Shown here: piece by piece, positions 1-7,021 of the stretch | How the letters are laid out: each line of letters begins with the position of its first letter | How positions within the stretch are numbered: the stretch's first letter is position 1 | From: a virus | Virus record (IMG/VR): IMGVR_UViG_3300027904_000003 | Location: 1-56,024 of that record | Strand: one strand, 5' to 3' | Length of the DNA stretch: 56,024 bases | The notes under the pieces: generated by a model | What the model saw: only the letters and a program-made list of their open reading frames with translations | Told to the model about the DNA's origin: nothing | The model's database searches: none | Program-made: the position numbers and the translations under genes

Positions 1-126
1 CGCGGCGGCTAAAAGCTTCGGTCTGCGCAAAACGCGCCGCGGCGGCTAAAAGCTTCGGTCTGCGCAAAACGCGCCGCGGCGGCTAAAAGCTTCGGTCTGC
101 GCAAAACGCGCCGCGGCGGCTAAAAA
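1..126. repeat. 37-bp GC-rich tandem repeat array (unit CGCGGCGGCTAAAAGCTTCGGTCTGCGCAAAACGCGC), 3 full units plus a truncated fourth
   Basis: Units at 1-37, 38-74 and 75-111, truncated copy from 112. Nt 1-95 are identical to nt 55930-56024. Confidence 0.95.
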
Positions 127-142
127 CAGCTGAATTCAGCTG
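127..142. repeat. perfect 16-nt palindrome CAGCTGAATTCAGCTG directly abutting the 37-mer array
   Basis: Read directly; self-complementary over all 16 nt. Confidence 0.9.
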
Positions 143-190
143 ATATATTTTATTTAATGAGTGCCGCCTCAGCCAGTCAGTACACTACAT

Positions 191-219
191 AATAAACGGC
201 CTTACTAAGGCCGTTTATT
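191..219 (-). terminator. intrinsic terminator hairpin downstream of CDS 228..704
   Basis: AATAAACGGCCTTA / loop C / TAAGGCCGTTTATT gives a 14-bp stem with A/T-rich flanks. It sits 9 nt after the stop codon. Confidence 0.8.
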
Positions 220-227
220 GTATACAA

Positions 228-704
228 TTAATTATTAGTCATAAATAACTCATCATATGAAGTATTATACGAACCATCTGCACGATTAGCCTCTTCCCGT
301 TCATTATCTTGCCATAAGTCGTTTATTAACGAATATCCGTCTGCAAGAAAACTATCAGTCAAAAAGTCGCCACATATGTCCTCATAGTTTCTAACTGCCG
401 TGGCATATTGTTCAAAAGAACAATAGTTGTTGTGCTGCCGCGCCATTCTGCCATATACATCATACCATAAATTATTTTGAATAGGGCATACAATTGAAGA
501 ATGTAGTATAGTTACGTCGTCTTGCCAAACCTTTCTAGTTTCTTTATCCGCTTGTTCTAATTGGCGTTTCATTTCTTGTACTTCATCAATTGCTTGTTGA
601 AGGTTTTCAGTAGTTAATTGCGCATCGTCATCATAATAACCGTCATCCACATGCAACTTTAATTGTTCAAGAGCTACTTCTAATACTTTTAATTTCATAG
701 TCAT
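228..704 (-). CDS. hypothetical acidic early protein (158 aa)
   Basis: ORF with RBS GAAAGTAGG upstream of ATG. Preceded by the early promoter and leader copy at 741-815, followed by the terminator at 191-219. Confidence 0.8.
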   Translation of the reverse strand: MTMKLKVLEVALEQLKLHVDDGYYDDDAQLTTENLQQAIDEVQEMKRQLEQADKETRKVWQDDVTILHSSIVCPIQNNLWYDVYGRMARQHNNYCSFEQYATAVRNYEDICGDFLTDSFLADGYSLINDLWQDNEREEANRADGSYNTSYDELFMTNN

Positions 705-740
705 TACCTACTTTCTACGACTGTAAGTCGCCACATAATA

Positions 741-815
741 TTTGAACCTAAGTTCATACTAATATTATATCATATAATCGCGCGGTTGTACATATGTTTT
801 GAAAATTTATATCAT
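741..815. repeat. left arm of a ~76-nt inverted duplication (promoter plus leader module)
   Basis: Reverse complement of 1003-1078 with 2 mismatches. Confidence 0.9.
764..792 (-). promoter_or_regulatory. sigma-A-like early promoter: TGTACA-N17-TATAAT with extended TG
   Basis: Minus strand: -35-like TGTACA at 787-792, 17-nt spacer, TGATATAAT with -10 at 764-769. Confidence 0.7.
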
Positions 816-843
816 GACTGCATTGCTACAATCAGCCAATGTA

Positions 844-890
844 GTACCTACTAGACTGTGGACGTTGCTTGCGTGAGCAACGCCGCGGCG
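844..890 (+). repeat. 47-nt element X, copy 1 (GTACCTACTAGACTGTGGACGTTGCTTGCGTGAGCAACGCCGCGGCG)
   Basis: Identical to 2657-2703. Contains the hairpin GTTGCT-TGCGTG-AGCAAC. Confidence 0.9.
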
Positions 891-980
891 GCTAAAAGCT
901 TCGGTCTGCTCAGCTCGCTCCGAGGCGGCTAAAAGCTTCGGTCTGCGCAAAACGCGCTGCGGCGGCTAAAAGCTTCGGTC
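881..980. repeat. internal array of three degenerate 37-mer units between the divergent early promoters
   Basis: Core GGCGGCTAAAAGCTTCGGTC at 888-907, 925-944 and 961-980. The first unit carries the CTCAGCTCGCT variant also seen at 55900-55925. Confidence 0.9.
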
Positions 981-1002
981 AATACAAGCTATGTAGTAGC
1001 TA

Positions 1003-1078
1003 TATAAATTTTCAAAACATACGTACAACCACGCGATTATATGATATAATATTAGTATGAACTTAGGTTCAAATATTA
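1003..1078. repeat. right arm of the ~76-nt inverted duplication (promoter plus leader module)
   Basis: Reverse complement of 741-815 with 2 mismatches. Confidence 0.9.
1022..1050 (+). promoter_or_regulatory. sigma-A-like early promoter: CGTACA-N17-TATAAT with extended TG
   Basis: CGTACA at 1022-1027, 17-nt spacer, TGATATAAT with -10 at 1045-1050. Confidence 0.7.
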
Positions 1079-1113
1079 TGTGGCAGCTCTCAGCTGCAGA
1101 AAGTAGGCTAGCT

Positions 1114-1413
1114 ATGAAAAATAATTACAACAACGACATCAATTACAGCAACACATTGCATCGACATTACAATGAAGCATTTGCATTAGAAACTTTATTA
1201 AAAGCAATCAGCGACGCATTAGAGTACGACATGGCAGAAACAGATGCAAACAACTCAAAACCTGGTGAACAGATTACAATCAATGTAGCTGGTAAAGCAA
1301 TTGCATTTTATATTGGCGGAGTGCAGATTGACGCTTTGTATAACTTTATACAGTCTATTGCAGACGAAAACGGTTATGAAGTTGACTACAAAAATAGCAC
1401 TGTTCTAGAGTAG
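1114..1413 (+). CDS. hypothetical early protein (99 aa; start moved to the ATG behind the shared RBS)
   Basis: The tracked ORF 1057..1413 begins inside the duplicated leader. GAAAGTAGG then 6 nt then ATG at 1114 mirrors the RBS of the divergent gene 228..704. Confidence 0.7.
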   Translation: MKNNYNNDINYSNTLHRHYNEAFALETLLKAISDALEYDMAETDANNSKPGEQITINVAGKAIAFYIGGVQIDALYNFIQSIADENGYEVDYKNSTVLE

Positions 1414-1426
1414 TAAAGTAACACAA

Positions 1427-1452
1427 TAACACAGCGCCGCGGCGCTGTGTTA
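1427..1452 (+). terminator. GC-rich hairpin after CDS 1114..1413
   Basis: TAACACAGCGCC-GC-GGCGCTGTGTTA gives a 12-bp stem. The trailing T-run is weak. Confidence 0.6.
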
Positions 1453-1561
1453 CTTTAAGCCTAAGTACCGCTGCGGTCTACCCAGGCAGTGCTTCGCAAC
1501 GGCGACCAAGACTCAACGCATAAATTCGATGCAGCTACTTCACGGATTTTCTAAAAACCTA

Positions 1562-1590
1562 TGTACAGCTGCGCTTTTAAGTGTTATAAT
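1562..1590 (+). promoter_or_regulatory. sigma-A-like promoter: TGTACA-N17-TATAAT with extended TG
   Basis: TGTACA at 1562-1567, 17-nt spacer, TGTTATAAT with -10 at 1585-1590. Confidence 0.7.
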
Positions 1591-1693
1591 ATAAGTAGAG
1601 TCAAAAGTGCGTAGCACAAGAGACTACATAACGGCCGCAGGACCATATACCTGCAGATGACTGCAGCACTTGCAGTCAAGAGAGGAGTCTAAC

Positions 1694-2530
1694 ATGACTA
1701 CAGAAATGAACAGCTTATTCAACGAAGCAACAACAGAAGGCGCAACTAAGAGACGCTCACTAGAGGGCACCGCACAGCTCACAACACAGGCAATGCAGCT
1801 CTGCAACGACATCATCACAAAGGTCAACGATGACATCAGCAACGGTAATCTGCTCAGTTACAAAGAGTTACTTGCAGAGAGCAAAGCGTCACCTGAAGCA
1901 CTCGACAAACTCATCAACGAAACTGACGTCCTAGTGACCGCCGACGTTGAATGGTTGAAGGACCTTGATGAGCGCACAATCGATGGTATGCTCAAGAGCC
2001 AGCAATCTAAACGTAGCAGACTCAAAGGCAAAACAATGACAAGAGAAAACTACACATCAATGTTAACAGCGGCGCTCGCCGAACAACTCATCCGCAAAGC
2101 GTTTAACAAAACAAAAATGAGTGTACGCCGCAGCGCAGGGCCGCTCGTAATTACAGAAGACCTTTTAGCGCACTACGCTAACGACCAAGTAGACCTTCGC
2201 CGCGAGCTGCGTAACATTCAATCCAAGAAGTCAATCGCAAAAGCGAAAGATGACTTCAGCGAAGAGTCTGAGTACTGGCAATCGTTATTAGTCGCTGAAG
2301 AAGCCCTCAAGAGTGTTCGCATCGAAGGCGCCGTGACGCAGGGCAAAGTCATTGAAGTCGACACTACAAAACACAAGCTAATGGAATGCTTCGACAACTT
2401 GCCACAGGACCTCAATGATTATACTAAGAAGCAGTTAGTAGAGGTCTTGGAGTATATCCGCGGGTTAACTACTACTACTATTACAGAGGAAGCCAGCGAC
2501 ACGGAGGTAGCTGAAGATGCTGAGAACTAA
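1694..2530 (+). CDS. hypothetical early protein (278 aa); distant paralog of 54875..55429
   Basis: RBS AGAGGAG 7 nt before ATG 1694; the tracked start at 1670 lacks an RBS. Shares the motif LRxIQSKKS and a basic KxxLKxK segment with 54875..55429. Confidence 0.75.
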   Translation: MTTEMNSLFNEATTEGATKRRSLEGTAQLTTQAMQLCNDIITKVNDDISNGNLLSYKELLAESKASPEALDKLINETDVLVTADVEWLKDLDERTIDGMLKSQQSKRSRLKGKTMTRENYTSMLTAALAEQLIRKAFNKTKMSVRRSAGPLVITEDLLAHYANDQVDLRRELRNIQSKKSIAKAKDDFSEESEYWQSLLVAEEALKSVRIEGAVTQGKVIEVDTTKHKLMECFDNLPQDLNDYTKKQLVEVLEYIRGLTTTTITEEASDTEVAEDAEN

Positions 2531-2593
2531 TTGAATGAAGCCCGTGCCGCTGTAGCGCAAGAGTGGCTCAAGGATGAAGAGTAACTACAAACC

Positions 2594-2618
2594 AGAAGCT
2601 CTGCTTAGCAGAGCTTCT
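2594..2618 (+). terminator. intrinsic terminator
   Basis: AGAAGCTCTGC-TTA-GCAGAGCTTCT gives an 11-bp stem, followed by TCTTTAC. Confidence 0.75.
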
Positions 2619-2656
2619 TCTTTACTCTGCCGCGGCGCCTCAGCCGGTCTAGCGCG

Positions 2657-2703
2657 GTACCTACTAGACTGTGGACGTTGCTTGCGTGAGCAACGCCGCG
2701 GCG
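2657..2703 (+). repeat. 47-nt element X, copy 2
   Basis: Identical to 844-890, same orientation. Confidence 0.9.
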
Positions 2704-2993
2704 CTTTGTCGCCTCGTTGCTTTATCTCTTCTCAAGCTGGCTGAGGCGGCACTTCGTCCAATGGCTATCTGATATGTATGGCGGTTTCAGCTCATCACCG
2801 CCGCGACCCATAAAAGCGTTGGGCTCTACAAATTATTTTTTTTTTTGCCGCCCTACAAATTTAATTATTATTAATAACACACGATACGGCGATGCGGTGC
2901 CGAGCGCCTGATTACACCGTGGAAGGAACTGGATCCAGTTCTTTTCGCGCTCTTACATTTGAAAGTGTATTGGATCGTATTCCTTCTGATAAG

Positions 2994-3075
<82 letters not shown>

Positions 3076-3164
3076 CTTTCTTATTATTTTATTTAACATT
3101 CTTTCCATCTAGTCTCCTGTAACACCACCACTTTCTTTGTCTGTAGTTTTCTTTCCCACCATTT

Positions 3165-3352
3165 TTAACCTAACAACCTAACAACCTAACTTTTCGAAAC
3201 AATCTTAACAAACCTAACGTACCCTTTAATTTTTTTTTTTCGTTTTTTATTTTTATTTTTATAATTTTCAAAATGATTTAAACCTTTTGAAATAAGGGCG
3301 TTAATAAGTTAATAAGTTAAGAAATGTTAGGTTGTTAGGTTTGTTAGGTTAA
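3165..3352. repeat. CCTAAC-iteron inverted repeat (26/27-nt arms) around a 135-nt AT-rich core; candidate origin or architectural element (locus A)
   Basis: Left arm TTAACCTAACAACCTAACAACCTAAC at 3165-3190. The right arm 3326-3352 is its reverse complement with a 1-nt indel. An extra CCTAAC lies at 3214-3219. The core holds T12 and T-rich runs and TTTTCGAAA. Confidence 0.85.
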
Positions 3353-3417
3353 TTTTTAAATAAGCCCTATTTTAATGCCTTTTAGCGTATAATAAATATG
3401 AAAGGAGGTGCTTAATA

Positions 3418-3765
3418 ATGTCATGGAATCCAGACCCAAACACGGTAATGCCGCATGGGCGCGCGCCGAAGCGCAAAAGAAAATCAGGCCCGCGCGGCGC
3501 ATACTCGACGAAACATACTAATGATAAAGCTGCCGTACTACAGATATGTCCATGCTGTGGCGTACAAATGGCAAAGATTAGTAGTAAATACACTGACAGA
3601 TGTGTAGATTGTGGAAAGTTATATGGTAGATATGCAACTTACAAGTCTTTACAAAGAAAAGACTTCACAGCAGAACGTGAAGCCTTAGTAGATGGAATTA
3701 AAGAACGGTATAGTAGATACAAAGCAATGGGCTACAAAGTCCCACGCGACATTTATTGTGAGTAG
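3418..3765 (+). CDS. zinc-ribbon protein (115 aa), basic N-terminus
   Basis: Strong RBS GAAAGGAGGTG. Contains CPCC-x16-CVDC. Converges on the minus-strand operon. Confidence 0.75.
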   Translation: MSWNPDPNTVMPHGRAPKRKRKSGPRGAYSTKHTNDKAAVLQICPCCGVQMAKISSKYTDRCVDCGKLYGRYATYKSLQRKDFTAEREALVDGIKERYSRYKAMGYKVPRDIYCE

Positions 3766-4376
3766 TTGTCCTCATATTCGTAGAACTTAGCAAGAATTTG
3801 GTCAAGTTCTTGCTTATATTGTGGACTGTAAACAGGAAGATTTGTAGATACATCAACACCCAAGATTGGCCGATACTTAGCTTTAAGGTCTTCATATACC
3901 TCATCAAGATAGTAGCTCGGGTCTAACGCCAACTCAGTGATAGGCATGTCTAAGTAAGTTTGTAGTTCTTCAGGCACCGCGGCGCTTGACGCAGGCACAG
4001 GTAAGAGGTTTACATTGTAGGGTTCTTGAGCCTGTGCGAGTAGTTGAAACTTATCAAGTTGCGTCGCAAGAATCTGCTGAGAACTTGTAGATACCCCGCC
4101 TTTATTATTATTATTATGCCGTCCTTCACCGATGCGCGGAGGTCGAAGACCTAGCTTGCGCTGAAGCTCCCAGAGTTTTACTATACTTGTAGATTCCTCA
4201 AACTCCTCAGGACTGAGAGACTCCTTAGCATTGAGGTACTTGTAGCGCGAATTAACCTTCTCGCAATCAAGACACGTAGTGCTGCGGCCCTTACGGCCCT
4301 GGTAGTATTGACGGTATTGGTCGGCGAGGCGCGCCTCGCCGCACTGTTTACATAGCTTATATGATTGTTTATTCAT
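3753..4376 (-). CDS. zinc-ribbon protein (207 aa)
   Basis: N-terminal CKQC-x22-CLDC, the same module as 5219..5428 and 52125..52727. ATGA overlap with the upstream small ORF. Confidence 0.75.
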   Translation of the reverse strand: MNKQSYKLCKQCGEARLADQYRQYYQGRKGRSTTCLDCEKVNSRYKYLNAKESLSPEEFEESTSIVKLWELQRKLGLRPPRIGEGRHNNNNKGGVSTSSQQILATQLDKFQLLAQAQEPYNVNLLPVPASSAAVPEELQTYLDMPITELALDPSYYLDEVYEDLKAKYRPILGVDVSTNLPVYSPQYKQELDQILAKFYEYEDNYSQ

Positions 4377-4534
4377 TGATTGATTGCACTTCCTTTCATG
4401 TTAACCATAATTTGTAGAGCATTCCAACTCGAGTATTGTGGGTCTGGCTTGGCGTTCTTGCTAATGATTTCAATGTATGAGGCGCCGCACCACAGCATAA
4501 ATGCAATGCTGAGAATACAAACTGCAATCTTCAT
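4373..4534 (-). CDS. small membrane protein (53 aa), not in the ORF track
   Basis: RBS GGGAGGG 8 nt before the ATG. ATGA overlaps at both ends (translational coupling). Hydrophobic N-terminus MKIAVCILSIAFMLWCG. Confidence 0.6.
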   Translation of the reverse strand: MKIAVCILSIAFMLWCGASYIEIISKNAKPDPQYSSWNALQIMVNMKGSAINQ

Positions 4535-4947
4535 ATCTTATCCCTCCCTGAAATTGCTTGTAGAGCGCCTTGCTCAGCCATTGCTTGTGGAATGCCTTGC
4601 GCTTTGATTTGCTCTACCATCTGTAGAAACTCTTGGACTATGGCAACCTTATTGTCACTATCTGCAGAGTCTTCAATAGCACTTGTAGATTTCGTAATCA
4701 TAGCGCTCAGGCATCTATGGCATTTATTAATAACCGCGCCTTTGGCGCTGTGTCGCTTGGTCTGACTGTGCACACCAGTGGCCTGTAATACCTCATTATA
4801 CAACATACACGAATAGCCACCTTGGTTGTTAGTTACGCAGAAGCGGCAAGTCCGGTCCAGGTCAAGGCTGAGACCGGCCTTAGTATAGTAGTTACAATGA
4901 GGCCCAGCGCTGACTTGGCAGGATACGGTTGCTTTGATTCCTATCAT
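4531..4947 (-). CDS. hypothetical Cys-rich protein (138 aa)
   Basis: ORF in an operon with overlapping stop/start codons. Confidence 0.65.
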   Translation of the reverse strand: MIGIKATVSCQVSAGPHCNYYTKAGLSLDLDRTCRFCVTNNQGGYSCMLYNEVLQATGVHSQTKRHSAKGAVINKCHRCLSAMITKSTSAIEDSADSDNKVAIVQEFLQMVEQIKAQGIPQAMAEQGALQAISGRDKI

Positions 4948-5222
4948 ACGTTGCTCTCGCCTCCGTTCTTGGCTGTATATGTAGAGGTGGGAACAATTCC
5001 TATGTCTGAGAGATTAATCTCCTCTGCAACATCCTCGAATGTGAGCGAGTCGGGCAGTCCATAGCCGAGGCGCCCGCAGCGCTCAGAGCAGTAGAGGAGA
5101 CCTCCAGCTACCCAGATGGACTCGGTGCCGCTGTGACGCAGCGGCACGTGGCAGGTCTCACAGATGTCTTCAGTCTTGTAGATACCCAGGATGGTCTGGG
5201 CGAGCTTGTTCAGGTCTGTCAT
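4944..5222 (-). CDS. hypothetical protein (92 aa) with CxxC...CxxxC
   Basis: ORF coupled to its neighbours by 4-nt overlaps. Confidence 0.65.
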   Translation of the reverse strand: MTDLNKLAQTILGIYKTEDICETCHVPLRHSGTESIWVAGGLLYCSERCGRLGYGLPDSLTFEDVAEEINLSDIGIVPTSTYTAKNGGESNV

Positions 5223-5428
5223 GTCTTCATCATCTTCCTTTCCTTGAATCTGGCTTCATGGAGCCTTATGGTCTTGTAGCATGACTTACAGTCACGTCTG
5301 TAGCGGGTCTTACCGTAGTTGTCCTTACCATCTCTGTAGAACTCCTCGTTGGGGAGGAGTTCATCACATGCACCACATACACGGTGCGTATCTGTGTCGC
5401 GACTTGAGATGAAGAAGTCGTTAATCAT
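5219..5428 (-). CDS. zinc-ribbon protein (69 aa; start shortened from the tracked 5542)
   Basis: AGGTGGTGA then 6 nt then ATG at 5428. The upstream part of the tracked ORF is occupied, in another frame, by the better-supported gene 5421..5591. Contains CGAC-x22-CKSC. Confidence 0.6.
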   Translation of the reverse strand: MINDFFISSRDTDTHRVCGACDELLPNEEFYRDGKDNYGKTRYRRDCKSCYKTIRLHEARFKERKMMKT

Positions 5429-5591
5429 GTTCATCACCACCTGGCCTATCAAGTCTTGTAGATAATCCCTTGTCCCAGTGGCATGCTCTGTTGAAGCAAG
5501 CGTCGCACACATACGCCCAAGGTCCTGCAAGAGTCTTAGCATCCCGTGTAGCTACGTTATCTTCCTTGCATAACTGACACATCTCAAGCAT
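5421..5591 (-). CDS. small zinc-ribbon protein (56 aa), not in the ORF track
   Basis: GGAGGTGA then 6 nt then ATG at 5591. The start overlaps the stop of 5584..5919 and the stop overlaps the start at 5428. Sequence: MLEMCQLCKEDNVATRDAKTLAGPWAYVCDACF... Confidence 0.65.
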   Translation of the reverse strand: MLEMCQLCKEDNVATRDAKTLAGPWAYVCDACFNRACHWDKGLSTRLDRPGGDEHD

Positions 5592-5919
5592 TACTGCTCA
5601 CCTCCAACTCTTGAATTTCCAGTATCTCCTGACAATCCTTGGTGTAGATGCCAGTGCCGACTCGACATTCTTGAGGGCAGCGGTCATCGATGCATCTGAG
5701 GCCTGCCCAACCGCATTGCGGACACACCATGTCGTAGAGCCTGTTGAACTGGTGGGTACACCACTTGCGACACTCTCCAGCGCTCGTGGCGCTGTGGAGA
5801 TACTCACCAAACTCACGCGCATTATACACGTCCGTGTAATATACGAAGAATTCAGTGTCTGACTTCTTGGCAATGACGTATCCGCGTATACATTCTGCAT
5901 ATTTTCTCATATTACTCAC
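5584..5919 (-). CDS. hypothetical Cys-rich protein (111 aa)
   Basis: RBS GGAGGTGAG before the ATG. First gene behind the promoter at 5958-5986. Confidence 0.7.
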   Translation of the reverse strand: MSNMRKYAECIRGYVIAKKSDTEFFVYYTDVYNAREFGEYLHSATSAGECRKWCTHQFNRLYDMVCPQCGWAGLRCIDDRCPQECRVGTGIYTKDCQEILEIQELEVSSNA

Positions 5920-5957
5920 CTCCAGATATTATTGAGTATTTTTCAACTCTTACTTAT

Positions 5958-5986
5958 ATTATACCACGAATGTATGTAGTTGTACA
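5958..5986 (-). promoter_or_regulatory. sigma-A-like promoter: TGTACA-N17-TATAAT with extended TG
   Basis: Minus strand: TGTACA at 5981-5986, 17-nt spacer, TGGTATAAT with -10 at 5958-5963. Confidence 0.7.
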
Positions 5987-6005
5987 TAGGTAATGAAAAT
6001 TTGAG

Positions 6006-6062
6006 GGACGACTGCAAGACAAGGATTAATTATAGAATAATTTATTTGTCTTGCAGTCCTCC
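6006..6062 (-). terminator. long hairpin after the HD-domain gene
   Basis: GACTGCAAGACA at 6010-6021 pairs with TGTCTTGCAGTC at 6047-6058, with a 25-nt loop. The T-run on the minus strand is only weak. Confidence 0.45.
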
Positions 6063-6073
6063 TCCTAGAACAG

Positions 6074-7021
6074 TTAATCAGTAGAAAATAAGTCTCTAGT
6101 CCATTGAGGTTGTATGTGCGGCTTATTGTCAAGAGCCCAGATACGCTCTGTGAACATGGGCCCTTGGGGCTTTGTGGCGCGCAGAATCTCGGCGGCTGCG
6201 GATATGACATCTGCATGATGCACGATGTGGGCCTCGATACATGCAGGCGACACTGCGGCGCCGTGCTCAAGCTTCCCATGGTGCGCAAGGATGCAGTGCA
6301 TAAGCAGGCTAATCTTGTAGTTGCTCCCAAGCAGCTCCTCTGCAAAGTTACTTATGAAGTTAGCGCCCATGAACGTGTGGTCGTATAAAAGGCCTTCTGC
6401 AGTATGGTCTATAGTGACACCATCAATCTTGTAGCTGAATAGCTTACCAAGGTCGTGTAGTAGAGCCGCTGCAATACAGAGACTCTTATTAGCCTCAGGT
6501 ATGCATCCACAGATACTGCTTGCTATCTCTGCTGTCTCAAGGGTGTGTACAAGGGTTCCAGCAACGTAGGCGTGGTGTATCTTGATGGCCCCTGGGGCGC
6601 TGCGCCACTTGTCCTCGAGCTGATTGAAGACTTCAGAGGCTAATAGCTTCAGGTCAGGGTCGCTGATGAAACCTATCAGCTGTTGTGCATTATGCCACGT
6701 CTTATCGACGTCTACGCCTGACGTTGGCATGAAGTCTTGTAGAGCATACTCGTCACATGATGCAAGCTTGCTTATGTTCAGTTGCTTGGCGCCTTGCCAC
6801 TCAGTGACTTGCGCGGTGACGTTGAGGATTGCATTCTTGGCAGGGATGTTTCCACTGGACCAGTCCCAGTAGTTACCTGCAATGCTCTCTACACCGTCGA
6901 ACAAGTCGACTGTGAGGAATGGTTTCTTTGCTTTGGTTTCTCGTGCCGTCGCCGCAGTGACGACGAGAGGGAGTGTGGCTACATCATTGATGTTTAGTTC
7001 TGATAAGAATTTACGATTCAT
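6074..7021 (-). CDS. OB-fold plus HD-domain phosphohydrolase / nuclease (YhaM-like)
   Basis: N-terminal OB-like segment, then HHAYVAGTLVHT and LLHDLGK (HD motif) and HHG. Confidence 0.7.
   Translation of the reverse strand: MNRKFLSELNINDVATLPLVVTAATARETKAKKPFLTVDLFDGVESIAGNYWDWSSGNIPAKNAILNVTAQVTEWQGAKQLNISKLASCDEYALQDFMPTSGVDVDKTWHNAQQLIGFISDPDLKLLASEVFNQLEDKWRSAPGAIKIHHAYVAGTLVHTLETAEIASSICGCIPEANKSLCIAAALLHDLGKLFSYKIDGVTIDHTAEGLLYDHTFMGANFISNFAEELLGSNYKISLLMHCILAHHGKLEHGAAVSPACIEAHIVHHADVISAAAEILRATKPQGPMFTERIWALDNKPHIQPQWTRDLFSTD

Noticed and set aside
1-126. Possible CRISPR array formed by the 37-bp repeats.
   Set aside because: The units are directly contiguous with no unique spacers, and no cas genes are present. 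This is a plain tandem repeat.
160-2753. The 17-nt inverted repeats (160-176 / 2737-2753) as ends of a transposon or invertible segment.
   Set aside because: There are no flanking target-site duplications and no transposase or invertase inside. Only a shared motif family is supported.
3165-3352. Telomere-like reading of the CCTAAC/GTTAGG arrays (TTAGG-type repeats), or hairpin telomeres of a linear plasmid-prophage.
   Set aside because: The motifs are internal, arranged as inverted arms around an AT-rich core. No protelomerase, terminal protein or protein-primed family B polymerase is encoded. The resemblance to eukaryotic telomere units is most likely coincidental.
5598-5900. Alternative-frame ORFs 5598..5900(-) and 5611..5862(+), plus similar shadow ORFs in 5959..7000.
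   Set aside because: This is the GC-rich island, where stop codons are rare in all frames. The chosen frames have RBSs and translational coupling, and the shadows do not.
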